Source of the DNA: Candidatus Cloacimonadota bacterium
GTDB taxonomy: Bacteria > Cloacimonadota > Cloacimonadia > JGIOTU-2
DNA: 64,000 nucleotides
Assembly (NCBI GenBank): GCA_049903315.1
Contig: JBNGBT010000001.1
Span: forward strand, 288,001-352,000
Direction: 5' to 3'
The notes under the pieces are model-generated. The model was given only the letters and a program-made list of their open reading frames with translations, searched no databases and was not told where the DNA came from. This document shows, piece by piece, positions 59,960-64,000 of the stretch. The position numbers and the translations under genes are program-made. Within the stretch, counting starts at the first letter, position 1. Each line of letters begins with the position of its first letter.

Positions 59960-60442
59960 TCATTCTTCTGGACGAAGAATGAATCGCGGGAGAGCCATGA
60001 TTGGGGTCTCTAAAATACCTCCGTACTCCTTGGTACTCATATTTTGCACCTCGTAACTTGCTGAAAATTGGACCTCTTTATCCAAGATTGAAGTCAGTGT
60101 TGTCTCAACTGCACGAGCATAAATAGGTTTTGTCAGATATCCTGCCGGATTCGTTTGCTTTGCTTCTTCCATGGTTTCTTCATCGTTGTAAGCAGACACG
60201 AATACTACAGGGACATCCTTACTGGTGCGAATCTGTCTCGCGGCTTCGATACCGTTGATCTGCCCGGCCAGGTTAATATCCATAAATATAAGATGCGGGT
60301 CAAAAGTTTTCGAAAGCTCGACAGCATGCTCGCCGCTTGCAGCAGTAACACATTCGTATGGTCCGAAACGTTGTATAAGATTTTTCAGATGCAGTGCGAT
60401 AATTGCTTCATCTTCAACGATCAATATTTTTTGTTTATTCAT
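59960..60442 (-). CDS. Single-domain response regulator (receiver)
   Basis: ILIVEDE, LIFMDINLAG..GIEAA, FVSAY, GYLTKP; likely start 60442. Confidence 0.88.
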   Translation of the reverse strand: MNKQKILIVEDEAIIALHLKNLIQRFGPYECVTAASGEHAVELSKTFDPHLIFMDINLAGQINGIEAARQIRTSKDVPVVFVSAYNDEETMEEAKQTNPAGYLTKPIYARAVETTLTSILDKEVQFSASYEVQNMSTKEYGGILETPIMALPRFILRPEE

Positions 60443-60464
60443 TATCTTATGATGTTTTTTATCC

Positions 60465-60575
60465 TTACGCTTTTCCCTCGACTGATTTCCTTTCATGTCC
60501 GAGGAAAACTTTTCCATCAGAGATTATTACTATATATTCTCCGCCATTGCCGTCATGTATTCTTTTAATAGTCAT
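60465..60575 (-). CDS. Micropeptide P3 (36 aa) MTIKRIHDGNGGEYIVIISDGKVFLGHERKSVEGKA
   Basis: RBS AAGGAG before ATG; paralogous to P1 and P2 with mostly synonymous differences; not in the ORF track. Confidence 0.75.
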   Translation of the reverse strand: MTIKRIHDGNGGEYIVIISDGKVFLGHERKSVEGKA

Positions 60576-60589
60576 GTTATTCTCCTTTA

Positions 60590-60874
60590 TTATGCTTTCA
60601 TTACGTGAACAGTACCATTCACTACGATCACAATGTACTTTTCACCATTTGGTCCAATTATAGTCGCATCGAATATAATTTCATCATTGCTATCAAATAC
60701 AAGCCCTATTACAACTGGATAGTCTGTGTTTTCATCTAAATATTGAGAGATGAATTCAGCATCATCCAGGTTGCATAAAGAACGCAATTCACTTGCTGTC
60801 ATTGCAAAAGCTACCGAATTAATTAATAACAAAAATACAAGTACACCTACTAACACTAATGTTTTCTTTTTCAT
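60590..60874 (-). CDS. Small secreted protein (94 aa) ending in GPNGEKYIVIVVNGTV
   Basis: Signal peptide MKKKTLVLV...AFA; RBS AAGGTGG; C-terminus resembles the micropeptides. Confidence 0.8.
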   Translation of the reverse strand: MKKKTLVLVGVLVFLLLINSVAFAMTASELRSLCNLDDAEFISQYLDENTDYPVVIGLVFDSNDEIIFDATIIGPNGEKYIVIVVNGTVHVMKA

Positions 60875-60898
60875 TTTACTTACCACCTTTCAGGTTAT

Positions 60899-61099
60899 TT
60901 ATTTATATATCATAAAAAGTGCCGATTTGTGACGACACCACTCAAAAAAGTTGAAAAAAAGTGAAAAAAATTCATTTGAGGTGACAGAATCCTTATGAAT
61001 TATCACATTTTTCTTCTCATGTCCGAGGAATACTTTTCCTTCAGAGATAATCACGATGTACTCTCCACCGTTTCCGTCATGAATTCTTTTAATAGTCAT
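60899..61099 (-). CDS. Micropeptide P2 (31-aa core, extended to 66 aa by an out-of-frame stop)
   Basis: MTIKRIHDGNGGEYIVIISEGKVFLGHEKKN; RBS AGGAG; extension reads through the repeated non-coding block. Confidence 0.7.
   Translation of the reverse strand: MTIKRIHDGNGGEYIVIISEGKVFLGHEKKNVIIHKDSVTSNEFFSLFFNFFEWCRHKSALFMIYK
60903..60960 (-). promoter_or_regulatory. Putative ECF-type promoter GTCACA-N16-GATATATA (copy 1)
   Basis: Minus strand ttgagtggtgtcGTCACAaatcggcactttttatGATATATA, just upstream of the 94-aa gene. Confidence 0.5.
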
Positions 61100-61201
61100 T
61101 TTATTCTCCTATTATTTTTTTAATTTGCTAAGTTCCAAATTATTGCCAGCCATTTTCATGTAATTTTTTATAATCACAAGAATCATTTCTCTAATTTTTA
61201 C

Positions 61202-61259
61202 TTATATATCATGAAAAGTGCCGATTTGTGACGACACCACTCAAAAAAGTTGAAAAAAA
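61202..61259 (-). promoter_or_regulatory. Putative ECF-type promoter (copy 2)
   Basis: Same block upstream of P2. Confidence 0.5.
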
Positions 61260-61294
61260 ATGAAAAAAGTTACATATGAGGTGACTAAACCTTA

Positions 61295-61399
61295 TTAATT
61301 TTTATTATTTTTCTTCTCATGTCCGAGAAATACTTTTCCTTCAGAGACAATAACAGTGTATTCTCCGCCATTGCCGTCAGGAAATCTTTTTATGGTCAT
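61295..61399 (-). CDS. Micropeptide P1 (34 aa) MTIKRFPDGNGGEYTVIVSEGKVFLGHEKKNNKN
   Basis: RBS AAGGAG; tandem TAA TAA stops; paralog of P2 and P3; not in the ORF track. Confidence 0.75.
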   Translation of the reverse strand: MTIKRFPDGNGGEYTVIVSEGKVFLGHEKKNNKN

Positions 61400-61654
61400 G
61401 GTGTTCTCCTTATCGTATTTTTGGGATTCATTTTGTATAATAGCCCTAAAATATTGACAGTTATTTTTAACTTTTCTTGGTACACATAAATTATAGATTT
61501 TATAATCTTATGATTTAAAAACATCGGTAACGCTCAAAAAAGTAAGAATGAGAATAGGCATTGAGGTCTTTTTTCTTGATCATCAAAAATTTCTTTCAAG
61601 TTAATTATTTCTTTAATGAATTGTGCAGATTGAGGTGAGATTGCTAAACATAAG

Positions 61655-62635
61655 ATGAAAAAAAAAGCTGATAATGATGCTGTTGTTCTGAAGAATTATC
61701 ATACTCTTGCCTACAATTATGCATTATACAAAGTTGGAAGTCTCGATGCAGCAGAGGATATAGCATCTCAGACGATTTATTCATATTTATTGAAAAGGGA
61801 AAAGATTGAAGAAAACAATGATGAGGGTTGGATTGTTAATACTAGTAAAAATTATTGTAATCAGTATTTTGATAGATTGAAGGCTGAAAAGAAATTGCAG
61901 AACGATATGGTTGGGAATATGGCAAGAGAACTGCAAACAAAAATATATGAGAGCCTTGATTTTGTTGATAATGAAAAAAACGAGCTCTTAGATGCCGTAA
62001 AAAATGCTAAAGAGACACTCACTTCCAAGGAACTTCAAACCTATATCTTATACCTTCAATGTGAAGCAAATGTACAGAGGATGGAAAAAATAATTGGTGA
62101 GTCCAATGAGGTTATCCGACAAAGGATCTCCAGGATCAATAGGAAAATAAAGGCAGAAACCTACAAAAAGCTTGGGGTAATAACCACCAAGAAAATATTA
62201 AGTCCTCAGATCAATGATATAATAAAAAAATTTCTTTTGCGATTTAAAAAGCATTTGGAAAATAATACACTGAATAAGATGTTTTATTATTTTTCGAAAA
62301 AAGATATTAGTAATTATAATCCCCAATTTAATATAAAAAAAGTATTGGATTATGAGGTAGTACTAGACGATGCAATATATACAATTCATGTAGTTTTTAC
62401 TAATACACAAGATGAGGATGAATCCTTCTATTTTTCGTTTACAGTGGAAAATAATTTTCTAAAAGTTCTTCAACCTCCCACACCTCACAGAGAACATTAT
62501 CAATTAAGCGGTGAAGATGCAGAAATACTTCTTACCTTATTAAAAAAATATCCCGAAGATAGTACAGGAGCACATCGTGTTCCCGATGAAGAACTTGTGC
62601 TTCTAAGAAGAATTCTTGGGGAAGAGGATGAATGA
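61655..62635 (+). CDS. ECF-like sigma-70 factor with a C-terminal extension of about 140 aa
   Basis: Region 2-like LAYNYALYKVGSLDAAEDIASQT..GWIVNTSKNYC; region 4-like LTSKELQTY..IIGESNEVIRQRISRINRKIK. Confidence 0.75.
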   Translation: MKKKADNDAVVLKNYHTLAYNYALYKVGSLDAAEDIASQTIYSYLLKREKIEENNDEGWIVNTSKNYCNQYFDRLKAEKKLQNDMVGNMARELQTKIYESLDFVDNEKNELLDAVKNAKETLTSKELQTYILYLQCEANVQRMEKIIGESNEVIRQRISRINRKIKAETYKKLGVITTKKILSPQINDIIKKFLLRFKKHLENNTLNKMFYYFSKKDISNYNPQFNIKKVLDYEVVLDDAIYTIHVVFTNTQDEDESFYFSFTVENNFLKVLQPPTPHREHYQLSGEDAEILLTLLKKYPEDSTGAHRVPDEELVLLRRILGEEDE

Positions 62636-62647
62636 GTTGTAATTACT

Positions 62648-64000
62648 TTAAAGCTTTTCTTTTAATCTTGAGAGGAAAGTAAGGGCTTCGATAGGGGTAA
62701 GTGCATTCACATCCAGATCTTTTAATTCTTCAATAAGAGCTCTTTCTTTACTTGTTTTCTGAGAGAGCACTTCGATAAAAGACGTTTGTTTGATCTCGGC
62801 TTTTTTTCTTTTTGTCTTCTCAAGAATGCTGGATTCGTTGAATTCACTTTTTTCGAGTTCTTCAAGGATTTCCTGCGCACGCTCAATGACCTTTTGAGGT
62901 ATACCTGCGAGTTTAGCGACCTGGATACCGTAACTCTGGTCCGCACTGCCGGGCACAACTTTTCTCAAAAAGATGATCCTGTCCTGATATTCTTTTGCAG
63001 TAATATTATAATTCTTCACACCTTTATACACATTGGAAAGCTCTGTAAGTTCATGATAATGCGTTGCAAAGAGCGTTTTTGCTGAGATCTTATTATTCTC
63101 ATGGAGGTATTCTACTACAGCCCAAGCAATGCTCAGTCCGTCAAAAGTGCTCGTACCTCGCCCGATTTCATCGAGGAGGACAACGCTGCGGGGAGTTGCA
63201 TTATGAAGTATATTAGCAGTTTCGATCATCTCTACCAGAAATGTACTCTGTCCAAGAGCCAGGTTGTCAGAAGCGCCCACACGGGTAAATATTTTATCAA
63301 CAATACCTATCTTTGCAGAAGCAGCAGGAATGAACGAGCCCATCTGTGCCATGATTATGATCAGACCGATCTGCCTTAAGTAAGTAGATTTTCCTGCCAT
63401 ATTCGGACCCGTGATAAGCAGTATGCGATCTGAAGAATTATTCAGAAATGTGTCATTAGGAATGAACTCGTTTCCTACAGAAAGTTTTTCTATGACCGGA
63501 TGCCGTCCTTCTTCGACATTTATCTCATGACCGTCATGAATTTCTGGTCGGATATAATGATTATAATATGCGATCTGAGAAAGGTTTGTGAGTACATCGA
63601 GAGTAGAGATAACCTCCGAAAATTGCTGAAATCGGGGAATGAAATTTTTCAGATTTTCCCGGATTTCAATGAAAAGTGCATATTCCAATTGTGTGCTGCG
63701 TTCTTCAGCACCGAGAACCTGATTCTCAAATTCCTTGAGCTCAGGAGTGATATATCGTTCCGCATTTACCAGTGTCTGCTTGCGAATATAATCTTCAGGG
63801 ACCTTATCGAGATATGATTTAGTAATCTCGATGTAATATCCGAATACACTATTATAACGCACTTTCAGCTTAGGAATATTCGTCTTTTCGATTTCTTTCT
63901 GTTCAAGTTCCGCAATCCATTTTTTGCCGGTTTTGCTCTTGCTCCTCAACTCATCCAGTTCTTGATTATAGCCTTCTTTGATTATTCCGCCGTCCTGCAA
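62648..64000 (-). CDS. mutS: DNA mismatch repair protein MutS (5' part outside window)
   Basis: GRHPVIE, ITGPNMAGKSTYLRQ, STFLVEM, LDEIGRGTST, FATHYHEL, SYGIQVAKLAG. Confidence 0.97.
   Translation of the reverse strand: MQDGGIIKEGYNQELDELRSKSKTGKKWIAELEQKEIEKTNIPKLKVRYNSVFGYYIEITKSYLDKVPEDYIRKQTLVNAERYITPELKEFENQVLGAEERSTQLEYALFIEIRENLKNFIPRFQQFSEVISTLDVLTNLSQIAYYNHYIRPEIHDGHEINVEEGRHPVIEKLSVGNEFIPNDTFLNNSSDRILLITGPNMAGKSTYLRQIGLIIIMAQMGSFIPAASAKIGIVDKIFTRVGASDNLALGQSTFLVEMIETANILHNATPRSVVLLDEIGRGTSTFDGLSIAWAVVEYLHENNKISAKTLFATHYHELTELSNVYKGVKNYNITAKEYQDRIIFLRKVVPGSADQSYGIQVAKLAGIPQKVIERAQEILEELEKSEFNESSILEKTKRKKAEIKQTSFIEVLSQKTSKERALIEELKDLDVNALTPIEALTFLSRLKEKL

Larger units (their letters stand above)
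60903..61412. repeat. Direct repeat of about 210 bp, about 300 bp apart (micropeptide gene + non-coding block)
   Basis: 60903-61111 vs 61202-61412; 46-bp identical core at 60915-60960 and 61214-61259. Confidence 0.9.

Noticed and set aside
59716..60056. Short ORFs of 66-88 aa between the receiver gene and the 126-aa gene
   Set aside because: Mutually overlapping, no clear RBS or recognisable motifs; probably non-coding or decayed sequence.
60903..61412. CRISPR array or DGR template/variable repeat
   Set aside because: Only two long units with coding content; no cas or reverse transcriptase gene in the window; differences are mostly synonymous rather than adenine-specific.

Overview
An AT-rich bacterial chromosome segment. 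FlgD-type/T9SS C-terminal domains (PNPF...IYNIKG..V), a PorV-like barrel and lpxK suggest an FCB-group anaerobe, probably Cloacimonadota (inference). From left to right: (1) a giant minus-strand ORF missed by the ORF track (5167 to the left edge, at least 1722 codons, no stop) in which a complete AddA-type helicase-nuclease runs in frame into an AddB-like body; (2) a plus-strand accessory block of small enzymes and hypotheticals (5.5-16 kb); (3) a long minus-strand run (16-35.7 kb) holding nucleotide-salvage genes and a candidate extracellular nucleic-acid capture locus (OB-fold/LTD surface protein, PorV-like barrel, HhH-barrel protein, FadL-like barrel, 5'-nucleotidase); (4) two CTD-bearing secreted proteins and an RpiR regulator with REP-rich spacers; (5) tRNA-Val(GAC), cobO, nrdJ, tricorn-like protease, lemA, lpxK, tatD, ferredoxin and an mltD-like gene; (6) a four-gene minus-strand operon; (7) an island at 56.7-62.6 kb; (8) the 3' part of mutS. 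The island is the best candidate for an undescribed system. An ECF-like sigma factor with a C-terminal extension is transcribed divergently from three paralogous ~35-aa micropeptide genes (two absent from the ORF track). These are accompanied by a duplicated 46-bp promoter-like block, a small secreted protein sharing the peptides' beta-hairpin motif, an orphan receiver domain and a T9SS cargo whose CTD carries in-frame DNA repeats. All calls come from motif reading by eye; no database searches were run.
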